A DNA stretch of 62,984 bases, filler included, from Octopus bimaculoides (lineage: Eukaryota), in NCBI RefSeq assembly GCF_001194135.2. It is 9 parts of 8 records of this genome, joined end to end, with 100 filler letters (N's around TTAATTAATTAA, not from the genome) between each part and the next. Parts side by side here need not be neighbours in the genome. Positions count along the whole stretch, not along the records: positions 37,782 to 53,226 come from NC_068982.1; positions 53,327 to 58,884 come from NC_068994.1; 7 more parts are not named here. One strand, 5' to 3'. Of this stretch, positions 40,008 through 53,455 are shown one piece after another. How positions within the stretch are numbered: the stretch's first letter is position 1; every line of letters starts with the position of its first letter. A program made the translations under genes and the position numbers. The notes under the pieces are model-generated. The model saw nothing but the letters and a program-made list of their open reading frames with translations, was not told the DNA's origin and did no database searches.

Positions 40008-41515
40008 CTTATTTTCCTGTTGTCAATTTTGTAGCCATACACTGTTTTATTCGGTTCACTTGAGAGTGGTATTAGTGCTATGCAGAAAACTAGTGATGAA
40101 AGTGAGTCACCTCGAAAAATGCCACAGTTTATGCTAATATTGTTTGAGCGCAATTCTCCATTAGAATGATATGATTGCAGCTTCGTGTTCCATAGTGACA
40201 TATTATACTTTAAAAAATCTGAAATCACAGGAGAAATTTTGAAAATGTCCAACGATTTCAGAATCCACGAATGTGGTATGCTGTCAAAGGCTTTTTTATA
40301 ATCAATCCATGAAGAGCTGAGATTTCTGCGCTTGTTATGGCAGTTCTCAAGGATCATGCGATTAATTAGGAGCTGATCTTTGCATCCATATGAGCCTCGT
40401 CTGCATCCTATATATTTTCTCCACTAGAATAGATGTGAAAATCTTATAGGTAGTAAACAAACATGTTATAGGCCGGTAGTTTTTTGGGTCTTTGATTTCG
40501 TTATTTTTGCGGAGGAAGTAAGTAATACCATTTCCCATCCAATGGGGAGTTTTTTCTGGGTCTTTCATAATATTATTAAATAGTATTACTAACATTTTGT
40601 GTGCAGACGAGAGTGATGAAATCCAGAAATTAGGTACTCTATCAATACCATGGGATTTCCACTTTTGAGCCTTCCTTAGTGCTCTCCTTAGGTCGGCGAT
40701 TGAGATGTCTTCCCATACTTGTTCTTGTAGATTTTTGTAGGCATCTTAGGTGCGTTTGATCCAGTCTGCATTTTCATTGTATGTTTTCTCATCACTCCAG
40801 ATCCCTTTCCAAAAGTTTTCAACTTCTTCCATTAGGGGTGGATTTTCAATGGTTATTTTTTTCTTTCCCTATTTCCCTGTAAAATGATTTGGCATTGGAT
40901 TTGAACATCTTATTTTGCTTGTAGAATTTGATTCTTTTTTCAAATCTGCGTATTCTCTGAGCTTTTGCTTGAACTTTTTGTTTAAGTGTTTCATTCGCTA
41001 ACATTAGTTCTTCTCTTGTTGAGAGTCCATATTTTCTCACGATCTTCCTGCCTTTTCTTGATCTTACACCATTTCCAGAGATTAGCTCAGTTAATATTGA
41101 TATCTCCCTTCGCAATGATTCAATTTCAGTTTCAATTCTAATACTCCAGTTTGATTTTCTTTTCGAATTTGGTATTGTTGGCTTTTTGGGTGTTAAACAG
41201 CGTCTTTCGATTACCTTAGCAACAGAGTAAATAATTTCATTTAACTTATTAAGATCGGATTTTAGTTGTTGTATGATTTCTTGTGTAACGCAGTTGCCAA
41301 TATTTATTTGCGTTTTATGTTGGTGTGCATTTGAGAGTTTATGGAGTGGTTCCCGATCATTCATATTTGTATGCCCTACAACTGCAAGCTCATTCAGAAC
41401 TTCCTGCTTCATTTCAGTGATAGATTTTCTGTGTTGTTCAGCAAATATGTGGTCTTCAAATTCTGTTTCGACATCATTTTCCTGGTTGTTTTTCTTAGGG
41501 TCATTATATTCTCCT
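40008..41515 (-). mobile_element. R4/Dong-type LINE, pre-RT region and RT domains 0-4
   Basis: ORFs 40846-41412, 40362-40595 and 39866-40357: QAKAQRIRRF, NYRPITCL, WIDYKKAFDSIPHSWI, GIFRGDSLS; 5' end abuts (TAA)/(CAA)n. Confidence 0.92.
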
Positions 41516-41589
41516 TTATTATTATTACTATTATTATTATTATTGTTGTTGTTGTTGTTGTTGTTGTCGTTGTTATTATTATTAGTATA

Positions 41590-41880
41590 CAGCTATTTCA
41601 AGCTACTTTAGGTCGGAGAAATATCTTGAGGTTTGAGGAAAACATTTCTCCTCAAATCTTAAGAATTGCACTCACGATTTCACTTTCCCGCAAGTTATCA
41701 ATGCGTTTCTTAGATTCAGTATCCTTCACTCTAAAATGCAACAGTTTGATCGTTGTGCCTTGAGTAGCAATAACCACTGAATCAATTGCCACTTTTGTCT
41801 ATCTCTTTCACTAGGTCCAAATATCCCTCAATTTAAAAACAATTTTGGTACCCGCTCTGTTATATGGTATCACACATTCT
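41590..41880 (-). mobile_element. Older REL-type LINE C-terminal relic
   Basis: DSVVIATQGTT...SAILKI resembles the IPVVIGALG...SALLG end motif; 3' side abuts the (TAA)n array. Confidence 0.4.
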
Positions 41881-43358
41881 ATGATCATACACTGTTTTTT
41901 TTTTTGTTTTTTCTTTTGTCCTTAATGGGGGAAATCCTATAAAATTCTGTAATTATCATTGTCTATCATTTTCATACCACACACTCGACCGATCTACTCT
42001 TTTCTCGACACATTCTTCCCTGTGCTTATAACCTTTTTGTACCACCCTATTGAAAAGATGGTTAATACTTTCGTCACCTTTCCCACAGATTCTGCGTGTC
42101 CTCTCAGACTAAATTTTACCAATCATTGCTTTTATCTCACTGGTACTAATGGCTTTTTCCTGAGCAGCTATGATCAGCGATTCGGTTTCTCGTTTCAGGT
42201 CGCATAATGAACCAGTAAAATCATTTTGCTTCACGCTTAGCCACTAAAAACTTGCGTAGATTTTCAAAGATTTCTCCACCGCACCTTTCAAAGCCACAAC
42301 TTACGCTTCACTTTTCATAATCATTTGGAGATCAGAATCGAAAATCACGCAGTAATGATATGGCGAGCTTCAGCTTCCATTAAATATATAACTTTACTTT
42401 GTTCTTAAATACTCGTGCGTCTGCATGTACACACATATGAATGTGTTTCTGTATGTGTGTCTATGTGTGTGCACGCGCGTGTATTTACGCTCACAAACAC
42501 AGACAAGGAAATGTTTGGTTAACCGAATGTTACATTCCGACACTTTTTCAGATATAAGTTAAATCGTTACTGGCATGTAGAGATTTTGTATTTATAAAAG
42601 TCCGCTGTTCTACCGATAATCTTGACTCGTTCAATATAGCATTCCTTTAACAGCCGACTTTTATGTATCACAATCTCGTCATAGTGAACTTGTACCAGTC
42701 TCGCAGCTAGCTGTTAATTCTGTATGATGCATAGTACACCTCTGCTTGTTATCACTCATATCCTATGTTAACTTTGATATAGTGCTAAATACCAAATGAC
42801 CAGTTGAAGACATGCTGTACACGTATTTTATGACAACTTTTCCCTCGTACCTGATGCTCTTCACATTTCGCACTTTTAATTACTTTTAAAGGATATATAG
42901 GGAGTATCATAGAGCTGGTTTTTGTATCATACTGTGCATTCGTATGAAATAACTCTTTCAAGTTCTGTAAACTGACTCTATCACTCTTCATAGTTCCCAT
43001 TAGGGTTGGTTCCCTGTCATTTATGTATGTAAATTACATCTCATAAGAGACGACTACCATCAACAAAACCGTTGTACGGTGCTATTTTTTTTTTTTTCCT
43101 TTCTTTTAAATCTGTCTTCGGTTATACTTTGTTTTGGATTATTAAATATTAATCAAATCAACTCATCAGTGTTTTCTATTTTCATAGTCTGTTTCAAACT
43201 CATGAGATTTTTACTAATTAATTTCTTTATACTACATTTCATTTGTTACCGTTCTACCATCTTGAAATTCAGTAGAATTTCAGAGTTATTTTGTCGAAAG
43301 TCATTCGGTATTCATGATGGTGTGACCAAGTAGACCTTGAAACAAAAGAAAAAGAAAT

Positions 43359-43397
<39 letters not shown>

Positions 43398-43400
<3 letters not shown>

Positions 43401-44250
43401 TCTTTTTAGCTTATTTTCGGAGAATTTTAATCACTAGCCAGGTTTCTACCTCAGACCTAATGTTAATAACTGTGTTACAATAGAAATTTTCTCAAGAGCT
43501 GGGCTTTTGAGATTAGTGCAGATTTTTGGACATATTTGTTTATTTGATTTTCCAGATGTTTTTTCAATGAACATTGAATAACTTTTTTTAACGCTGCCTA
43601 ATGCCCTTATCACTCTCAGTAGAGTAAATGTTTTCAATTTGTACATTCTGCTATTTTCTGCCTCTGGTTTCTTGCAACCAGCTAACTTTTCAAATTCTTT
43701 GAATGTGATATTTCGATCAGCTGCTTCTGTCATATCTATTAGACTGACGGCATCTTGTCGATGATCTTTGATAATAATATCAGGTCTATTGGCGTTTATC
43801 TAGCTGTCAGTGTGGATGGTAACGTTCCGCAGAATAGTAACTTTATTACCTTCTGTGACTGATTTCAGACAGTGTAGTGTTTATACCAGTTTTTAAGAAG
43901 TAAAATGTCTTAATAATGACAGATGTTTCCATAAAGGTACTGCCCAGTTCCGTCATATCTGGTTTTGTGCTCAGCTATTGCAAGTTTAGAACATCCAGCC
44001 ACAATGTAGTCGATGGTTTCAATACTATTATCACATAGTTTACAGTTTGGATCAACACTATTGTGGAGAACGTTTGCTTGCTGTGAGTGGAGATTGATCT
44101 TGAGTTGCCATCATAAAACCTTTAGTTTCTGCCTTTAGATCTGAACTGTGCTACCACTAATGTACTATTTCTTTATATCTACATTTTTTAAACTATTTTT
44201 ACATTTTTGCAACTGATATAACTTCTTAGCTCTCTCATAGTCAACTAAAG
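43398..44250 (-). mobile_element. Diverged R4/Dong-type LINE 3' region
   Basis: SSDLKAET, FMMATQDQ, ETIDYIVAGC, NANRPDIIIKDH, VIRALGSVKK; 3' end followed by (TAA)n. Confidence 0.85.
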
Positions 44251-45399
44251 CACTTAGTAGAATATTACTGAAGTTAGTAAGATATGGGCAATGTTAGTAA
44301 CTAACTTTTTGTACCGTTCTCCTTCACTAAGTACTCCCCGCCACTCCCTCATCAAGGTCGTTGTTAGCAGGAGATGGATGAGACGGGTGTTTTCTCCCCC
44401 CACGTAGTATCCGAAACTGGCATTTTACTAGTCAAATTAAAGCTCTCTTTTCCAGTATCTAATCTTATGAAACTGTTTCTTATACTCATGGTATTATTTT
44501 CAGATTATTCTGTCACTTCTTCGTTCCTGTTTTAATTTGAAGACACTTACTTGTGAAAATGATTTAATTTCAGCATTTTGGTAAATTTGTAACATGGAAC
44601 TAATTATTATGCAATCAATCGACGCCCATGACAGTTTCCTTGTTTCGTATCTTGGCTTTATCAAAGTATCAATTTCTTAACAGAGAGCTAGTGGTGAGCT
44701 TTGATATATACTCTTTCTATACTACAGAAATTATATTGTTATTTTACGTTTGTTACTTTTTTGCAAATGGTCCTTAATTTGTAGGATATTTTAAAGATTA
44801 TCTCTTGGTAATTTATAAACTTATCCCTAAAATGTCTTACAAGATGGAATGATTGTTGGAAGGTCGTGTATTAGTTTTTCTTCAGACGAATCGTAATTGT
44901 CCAAACGGTAAGCCCACAAGAAATTTGATTGGGTTTAAATGGGCGTTGAAGATGAACGTCATCTGGCAGTACATTTTTCCAAACAACAGCTATTGTGCTT
45001 TTAACAACAGTTTTATATAGTTCCCTACTACGCCTTACATATATGTACATATTTGTGCATATGTATATATTTTTGTTCTGTAACATCTTGAAGTAACAAA
45101 CAAAATCAAATATATATATATATACCGAACACAATGAAAACATCCTCATACTACAAAGGCAATAAAACCAAAATTCCCACGGAATATGTCGAAAGCATAA
45201 TAAAATGTATGAAGAGGAACGCCTTCTTCCATTATAGGGAAAAACTTCTAATGAAACAATCAATTTATACAAAGTAAGAACACATATTATATTATTATAC
45301 TACAACATAAGGGACATATAAAATAACTCAAATGTATATATCCAGGGCATCAATATTGAAGCAAAATATTTAACGACCAAACTCTGCATACACAATACG

Positions 45400-45700
45400 G
45401 CTATCGATGTAGCCAAGAAAAATAGACTTATTACACTCAGTTACTAAAAAAAAAAGTTCTTTAGCAACACGACAAATTATAGATTAATTAGGCTTGCAAA
45501 AGGTTTAACTGGGTCAACAAAAAATTTAATTCATGGGGAAAGCACCACAGATCTGATAAACTGGTTCAAAGAATTCCGGCATAAAAGTAGCTGTAGATTT
45601 ATCTAATTTGACAGTATAGATTTTTAACCATGTATTACGAAAATGTCTTTGAAAGCCCACATATTTCACATCAAAGCAGACAATAATAATATAAAACAAG
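45400..45700 (+). mobile_element. Penelope-like element RT relic
   Basis: NYRLIRLAK then STTDLINWFKEF...RFI*FDSIDF*PCI, matching the PLE pattern CRLINPAK...VINWF...FDIVDFYPSI. Confidence 0.7.
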
Positions 45701-46713
45701 TTCGGTATTGTAAGTGTTCTTTCTAATTTAGCAAGAACAAGTACCGGATCAAGAAGAAATCATAGTGAAGAGTGCCGTGTATCCATGAGTAAACACGACA
45801 GAGAAGAAGGAGTGAACTCGCAATTTCCCCAAGGTGAAGTAGAAAAAAAAACATACACAATATTACTGTGGGGTTGCATAGAAATTATAGCACATAACTT
45901 TCTAGGAGCCGATACATTCTGGAAAAAAACATCGAAGTCTTTTCATCACATAACAATAGAATCCTTCAACACCTTACAAAAATTTTTAAAAATCAAAACA
46001 AAGTGATGTATGTAGCTATCGGAACATCGAGTTGCGATCATTCGACAGACAATGCATGGTTCTTCAATTGCATGGTCCTTTAATACTTTAGATTTTTGCA
46101 GCCATATCGAGCAAATGCAATGCACAATACTACGTGTCTTGCATCAATTTATCCGAAAATACATTATAGAGCACTCGATATGAGCTCTTTAAAACACCAA
46201 AAATACTACTCGCACTTTTAGCATATCTAGCGAAAGAAAGGTGAGTCTGACTCAAAGGTGTCAGAGATTCTCTCTGGCACTGTTGAGAAACAATTTAACA
46301 TATCGTTATTCAAGCAATTCATGTTTACCTGAGAAATACTCTGTGATATCACAGAGTATTACCCAAATAATGAATAGAAACACTGTGTTCAAAGTGTAAA
46401 CACGACACGAATTTCTATTAGCCCATTTTACGCAGGGAAGCAAACAACTGTGGACATTACATAACACGCCTTCTTTTCTTTTCCTTCAAAAACTGCGAGT
46501 TAAACTACTAGGAAACTAGTTGAAGATCGATTGTTCAATTTCCTGTAGACTAGTTTTAAACCATAACAAGGAAGAAGCAACGTACTACATATATACAGGT
46601 GTGTATGAGTGCATATCGGTGTATGTACCTGTCACCTGATATACATATATATGTATATATGTATATATGCATGTATGTATGTATGTATGTACGTATGTAT
46701 ATGTGCATGTATA

Positions 46714-46779
<66 letters not shown>

Positions 46780-46984
46780 TTCATACATGTATATATACAC
46801 ACACACTCATACATGTATACATGAAAGCTTACATACAGAGCATAGATAGAATTGTTAACTTACATCCTTGTATTCCATAAGGTTGAGTCTTTGCATGAAT
46901 TTCGATAAATCATTCAATGAGCTAATGCATGCTAGTGTTTACATAGATACACACATACATACATACATACATACATACATACAT

Positions 46985-47031
<47 letters not shown>

Positions 47032-47391
47032 GTATGTACGTACGTAAATGTATATATATATGTGTGTGTGTGTATATAGTCATGTATGTATGTAGATGTA
47101 TGCGTATATTCGTAAGTATATTTATGTCCATGTATGTGTGTGATGAATATGTAATTGAAAACCTCGTATTTTAAACGTACATTCACAAAGTCCCTGTGTG
47201 CCTTTGCAAGGATAATGATGCAGGTGCATGCATAACAGTATCCAGATGCATAAAATTATACATTTACGCACACTCTCTCTTTTCCCCTCTTTCTCTCTCT
47301 CCTGCCACATACACACACCTGCGCGTGCGTGCATACAAATGTGTATGTGTATGTATGTATGTATATATATATATGAGTTCGTTTGAGTGTG

Positions 47392-47451
<60 letters not shown>

Positions 47452-48562
47452 CATACACATATATATGCACATGGAGAGACAGACAGGTAGACAGAGAACA
47501 AAGAGTGAGAGTTTGTGGGTATATATGTCTCGGGTTTTGTCATGTATATTTATTTTCTGTGTACTCTTCACATTCTACATATGTGTAAATCTGTTTGCAT
47601 GTATGTATAAACATATGTATGTATGTTTTTTATGTGACTTTGTATTCGTGTCCATTGATTATACATGTCAACCAAATTTTATTTTCTCTTTGTTACACCA
47701 TTTATGCTTTTAGCTTTTATTTCCTTTTTGTTTATTATTTATTTCCTTATTTCTTGTTCGTATATTTGTTTCTTTATTTTCTCCGTATTATGTTCTCACT
47801 ACGTGGTGTTTTCTTTAATCACAACTGACACCGCAATGTCGTCCATCATTGCAATTGCTGAATGCTGTAGACATTCACAAACCTATGTATTTTGGTCGTC
47901 TCTTTATAACATTTTATAGTATTGTGTATAGTTGTGTGTTGCTGGGGCGATGGTAGTTCTTACATGTTGCTGGCGTTGGTGAGTTGTTTTGGTGGTGGTG
48001 TAAGTGGTGATGATGTTGAAGTTATTTTGTCAGTTCTGCTGAAGGTATGCCAACCATGACAATCCTGTCTTTTTTCTGTGTGCACTCCAGACAACACTGG
48101 TCAATGGTAGTGGTGGTGGTGGTGGTGGTGGTGCTGCTGCTGCTGCTGCTGCTGCTGGTGGTGCTGGTGGATGTGATAGTTCTGCCGATGATATTTCTAA
48201 AATCATTTAATAGATACAAGACTATCGAAAATTCTGGAAACACCCATTTGTGAGTGTGGTGTCAGTTTGTTGACAACCTTTTTTTTTTCTTTTACCACTT
48301 ACTTCACTCAATTACTTTACATCTGTGAAAGGTCCCAGCCACAATTATATGCAAGACTTTATAATAAAACTCTTTAATAATACATTCTCAGCATGATTTC
48401 TGCACTAGACGAAACTGCCTGACACATCTATTCCAGCAATACAATCAAATTCTATACAAAATATTAGTCAGAAAATCAGCAGTTAATTGTTTATTTTTTG
48501 ATTATGCAAAACCCCACTGAAAAAGTCGACCTAGGAGTCCTACATCACAAATTAAAAGATGC

Positions 48563-48649
48563 CAGGACACCGCTAAATTGGGACAGCTGTCAGATGGTAG
48601 CAGGCAGGACACCGCTGAAGTAAGTGGGACAGCTGTCAGATGGTAGCAG
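48563..48649 (+). repeat. Two-unit tandem duplication (about 42-45 bp)
   Basis: CAGGACACCGCT...TGGGACAGCTGTCAGATGGTAGCAG occurs twice. Confidence 0.85.
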
Positions 48650-49244
48650 ACATCGGCGTTCTATATGAAAATCCGGATCTTTTCAATTTCATGGCCAGAT
48701 TTTTTAATTAATTTTTTAAAACTAAACACTTTGAAACTTCGGATACTGGTAGAATGTGTCACATAGAACAGGGTTTACTCTTGACGTTTTTGACAAAATT
48801 TTGTATTTTAGAAGTTATTTCGTGTTAAATTTGTTGTATTTGGATAATTTTAACCAATCAACGACGTATATTCAGCTGAAGAAAATTACTGCTGCTGTTT
48901 GCAAACAACAACTTCCAGGTACGCTCCTCTAACAAAACCCTTCTTTAATAACCAGAGATGTTTTTATATTGTGTGTAGTTACATTTGAAAATCTTTCTGC
49001 AAATACGCTCTTTGTGTACTCGGACTATTTCCTGTAAGAAACCCGGTAGAATGATAAACCTTCAATAAATTACTTTCATAGGCTAGACAGGGGTACGAAC
49101 CTTTGATCCCTGATGAGCTCAGATTTTGTCAAACTGGGAAACTTTTCGAAGAAAAGCAATCGAAGTCAAGAATCTGAAATTCTAGGAACGTCTTTATTCC
49201 CTTAAGTTTCTACTGCCTAGAATGTCGGAAATAACATGAAGCTG

Positions 49245-49290
<46 letters not shown>

Positions 49291-50579
49291 ACACACACAC
49301 ACACACCGACACACGCATATATATATATACATTTATCAATCTATCCATGTACGCATATTTATAATATTCATACATTTAAATGCGCGTGTGTGCGTATGTA
49401 TGTGTGTGTGTGCGTGCGTGTGTGTGGGTGTGGGTGTGGGTGTGTGGGTGTGTGGGTGGGTGGAGGGTGCGTGTGTATGTTTGGGTGTTTAAAGTTATTG
49501 AAGATCTAAACACATAAGTAATGAAAACCGAGAATTGTTCTCACAATTCATTTCAAATCCTTTCGTATATATGTTTTGTTGTTGTTGTCATTGCTGTTGT
49601 TGTTATTGTTGTTGTCATTCCCTAATTGTTTTTTATTATTGTTTTTAACCATAACTGTTGTTATTGCAAACTGTTTTATGCAGCAGGAATGAATTTTGTT
49701 GCCTAATAGGATTTAGATTTTGTATGTATTTATGAATGATTGTATGCATACATGCATGTGTCTTTCTTTATTTGAGTATATATTTTTATGTGTGTTAGTG
49801 TGTGTGTGTGTGTCCATATATATATATGTGTGTGTGTGTGCTGGCATCTATGTGTGTGCGCGCACTCTTGTGTATATGACTTATTTTGACAGTGAATATA
49901 AAAGTATTGCGTAACGTAATGTGATGCAGTTTAGTCTAATAGCGCAATAACGTTTAAGGGTCGTTCACTTCGGAACAAAACACCCTTTTTGTTAATGGTT
50001 AATGTTAGAGTCCTCTGTGAGGAAGATAATTTTAACATTTCATACGCATCATTTTATTCATTAAAATATATTTCTCCTCGTGACATTCTCGTATTATTCC
50101 TTTATTTCCTTTTTTTTAGAGTTTTATTGAACCGATTTTTGCCAACCTCCATTTTCCTTTTTCAATCTTCGTATTTTATTTTGCGTTTTGTGTTTTGTTT
50201 TGTTTTTGTTTGTTTTTTTTTCATTAGAATAGGGTTTTGTTATGTTTGAGTTGATCTTAGTCTTTTCATTTTTAAAGGTAATGAATTGGAAGAACGAAAG
50301 GGAAATGAAAGTTGACAGATATGTTCGGAGCTTAAAATCAAATTCTTTGCACTGTTTCATAACGGTATTTTAGTTTCTAGGTTCGAATCCCACCCGATAT
50401 GATTTCGTCATTTTTTTTCTTTCTTTAGATGATAGCCATCTCCCAATCAGCCTGATTGTTCTCATTGACTATTATCCTTACATGTGCACGGATATAACTT
50501 TTCTGACCATCCACTGACCGACATGGTATTAAACATGTGATCTTGTGTCTGCACAGGATTAATTTCATTAGTTTTTAGC

Positions 50580-50793
50580 AGTTGTTGCTGATGAACCTTG
50601 AGGTGGCATTTTAGCCCAGGATTGGATTTGCTTGTCTTCTTGCAGGCCGAACGTGTAGTGGGACCCGGAGGCGCCGGCAGTGCTGTCACGGGATCTATTT
50701 GTGTTCGTTGACTCGTTGATTCTCATTGACCATCTGATGGTTTACACAGCCAGATCTGCTGAGAAGGACATGTCGGCAGATACTACAATTCCA
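50580..50793 (-). pseudogene. Two decayed C2H2-like zinc fingers, probably a LINE ORF C-terminus
   Basis: WNCSICRHVLLSRSGCVNHQMVN, a stop, then ACKKTSKSNPGLKCHLKVHQ; no TGEKP linker. Confidence 0.5.
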
Positions 50794-52374
50794 TTTATCT
50801 AACTAATGTTTGTTCATTCTCCTTTTCTTAGAGCTCTCTTTAGTTTTGCATGCATCACTCTTTCTTCATTTAAGGTTTTACATAATAACATAACCCTTCT
50901 CTTTGTAGTAATAAATGTAAAAGTAAAATGAGGAATAGCAAATGTGTTATAAACTAATCTTTTGCTCATTATTCAAACTTTCAAGTGTGCTGCGGAGTCT
51001 GAAGATGTAAATTTAAGAACTTTAGATTAATACACAGTTTTTTGTAAAGGATTTCGCAATAAAAAATATATGCTTAAAACTTATTTCGAAAATCTGTGTA
51101 AAAATTACCTTTTTCGCTCCACCCTAATGAACACGTTTTCAGCTTCAAGGTCACACTGAGATCGACATTAACACGGTCGTGAATTCAGCGAAATCACACA
51201 TCTAATTTTATACTGCAAATTTCATAAACACCAGAACCAAACCGCAATACAACACATAAGTCAATTTTCATGTAATTTACACAACATAACACTTATGTCC
51301 TTCCTCAGCAGTGAGAGTTCACATGTGTCTGATGAGCAAAAATGCCATATATTTCTAAGTGTGATTCTTGATGAATATTCTTGCCAATCCTTCGCTATTA
51401 TATCAGAACATATTTGTAAATAAATATATGAATTGAACGACGCTACCTTTTATTTACATAATTATATTGATTTAGATTTAGAAATCCTTCTTATTGTCCC
51501 GATATATCACCAAAATCAGACGTATGTCAAGGAAATAGCCTTTTTAAAGGGCTAATATTCAATGTTTTCATTCCCCTTTTTAATATAATCTTCCAACTAT
51601 TATACGTGCACTCACACACGTGCACACAAACATATATTTGTATTTATGCAAATATATATATGTACATATACACACAAACTCTACATACTCCCACCAGAGG
51701 TGTGTACTCTTACATTTTTGTGTTAATACATCAGCAAATATTCTCTGGTTGTGTATGTATGTGTGTGTGCATGCATACTATATATGCAATTACACAAACA
51801 CACACATATTATACATACATACATACATACATACATATAAATAAATATATATATATATGTATGTATATACATATATATATATATATAAAGTATATGTCTA
51901 TTCAAACGCACATGTCCATATGCTCAGAAAATATAAGCAAACAAAATGAAATAGCAAAACAACTAAACAAACAGAAATGTGTAGGATAAAGCCTCTTTCT
52001 TCTCTTATTTTTCCCCCTTTCAAATTTTTCTAACTAGATAGGGGTGTATGTTTTGTCAAATTTTAGCTCTTGCGAAGCACTATCAATACTCTATTATAAC
52101 TATTTTTGTTGCCATTGATTTATTTTACTTCTGCAATGACACATTCCACAAAAGCGACGTAGGCAAATAACCTAACAGTTGGATTAAGATTTAGACATTT
52201 TTACATTTTCGATATGTGTGTTTTTGTGTGTGTGTGTGTGTGTGTGCGTATGTGTGTATGTGTGTGTGTGTGAGAGAGAGTAAGTGTGTGTGTGTGTGTG
52301 TGTGTGTATAAATAGACATGATGAAATAAAAAACCAAGACAGTAAATAGAATTCATGACATTTATCAAGAAAAG

Positions 52375-52423
52375 GCCTTACAGCTGTTTCCAGGATATTT
52401 TTTTATATCTCTTCATCAGAGAC
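52375..52423 (-). ncRNA. Minimal type I hammerhead ribozyme-like motif
   Basis: GUCU-CUGAUGA-(imperfect stem II, GAUAU/AUAUC)-GAAA-CAGCUG-UA-AGGC. Canonical core, palindromic stem III, GUA cleavage triplet. Confidence 0.55.
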
Positions 52424-53417
52424 GGTGCGAGAAAATGTTTGAGTATTAATTATTGTAGAGAAGATATGAAATACAGAGGGAAGTAAGAGAATGAATATAG
52501 AAGTAAGATACATAAGGATATTTTATTTGCAGTTCCATTATTGAAGTAGAATGATGTATATAAGTGGTGAAAAAGTTTTTTGGTGAATAAATTTTTTATA
52601 CCGGGTGCGTAGCTTCCAAAGGTGGTTATATTCGGTCATTCCAAGCATAGAGCTTTGTAAACAGTGTTGGTCGATAGAGGGTTTTTTTTTGTGGGAATTA
52701 AAATGTGTTGGCAGTGTTAATGGATAGGTAGAAGAGAGAAGTGTATGATTAGAAAGAGAGATAAGTCAAATCAAAAACAGGAACAGAGAATGGGAGGAAA
52801 AAGAGAAGCAAAAGGGAGGGAGACGAAAAGAAATGAAGAGAGGGAACGAAAAGAGAGAGGATGTGTTAGCTAGTGGCCAGAATAAAGTGATACAAGGAAG
52901 GAAGAGGTGAGGGGGAGTGTTAGCGAGTGGTCAGAATAAAGTGATAGGAGGGAGAGGTTAGGGGGAGAGAGAGAGGTTAGGGGGAGAGAGAGAGGTTAGG
53001 GGAGAGAGAGGAAGAGATGAGAGGGTAAAGGAGTAAAAGAGTGTGAGATATGTGAGTAGGGGTAGTGTGATAGAGCTGTATTAAGGGATGGGTACATGTA
53101 TGTATGTATGTATGTATGTATGTATGTATGTATGTATGTATGCATGTATGTATACATAGGTAAGCAGAGTTAGCGGTTGGAATAAGTTTGTATGGGATAA
53201 GGTTCTTACAACCGGTATCATTTACCNNNNNNNNNNNNNNNNNNNNNNNNNNNNNNNNNNNNNNNNNNNNTTAATTAATTAANNNNNNNNNNNNNNNNNN
53301 NNNNNNNNNNNNNNNNNNNNNNNNNNATAAATGTGAAACAAGGTGAAAAAAAGAGTACTCAAATGCCAGAGGTAGAGTAATATACTTTATTTAAAAGCAG
53401 CAGAAATATAACAAAAG

Positions 53418-53455
53418 CTGTTACTCAGAGTTTCACGTTCTCGTTCGTCGGACAG
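53418..53455 (-). ncRNA. Minimal type I hammerhead ribozyme-like motif with CCGACGA core
   Basis: CUGU-CCGACGA-ACG(AGAA)CGU-GAAA-CUCUGAG-UA-ACAG. All three stems pair; AAUAAA at 53386-53391 downstream. Confidence 0.6.

Noticed and set aside
42600-43000. ORF 42785-43000 as a possible TE or host exon
   Set aside because: No motif I can identify; left unassigned.
49090-49146. CTGATGA...GAAA near 49.1 kb (similar words at 13375 and 51330)
   Set aside because: Stem closure, GAAA or stems I and III are missing; not valid hammerheads.
50646-50711. Plus-strand exon candidate after TTCTTGCAG (AERVVGPGGAGSAVTGSICVR*)
   Set aside because: No recognisable protein; the minus-strand zinc-finger relic explains the GC content better.
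52970-53005. TTAGGG words suggesting telomeric repeat
   Set aside because: Isolated within a GA-rich ~20-bp unit; no tandem (TTAGGG)n.
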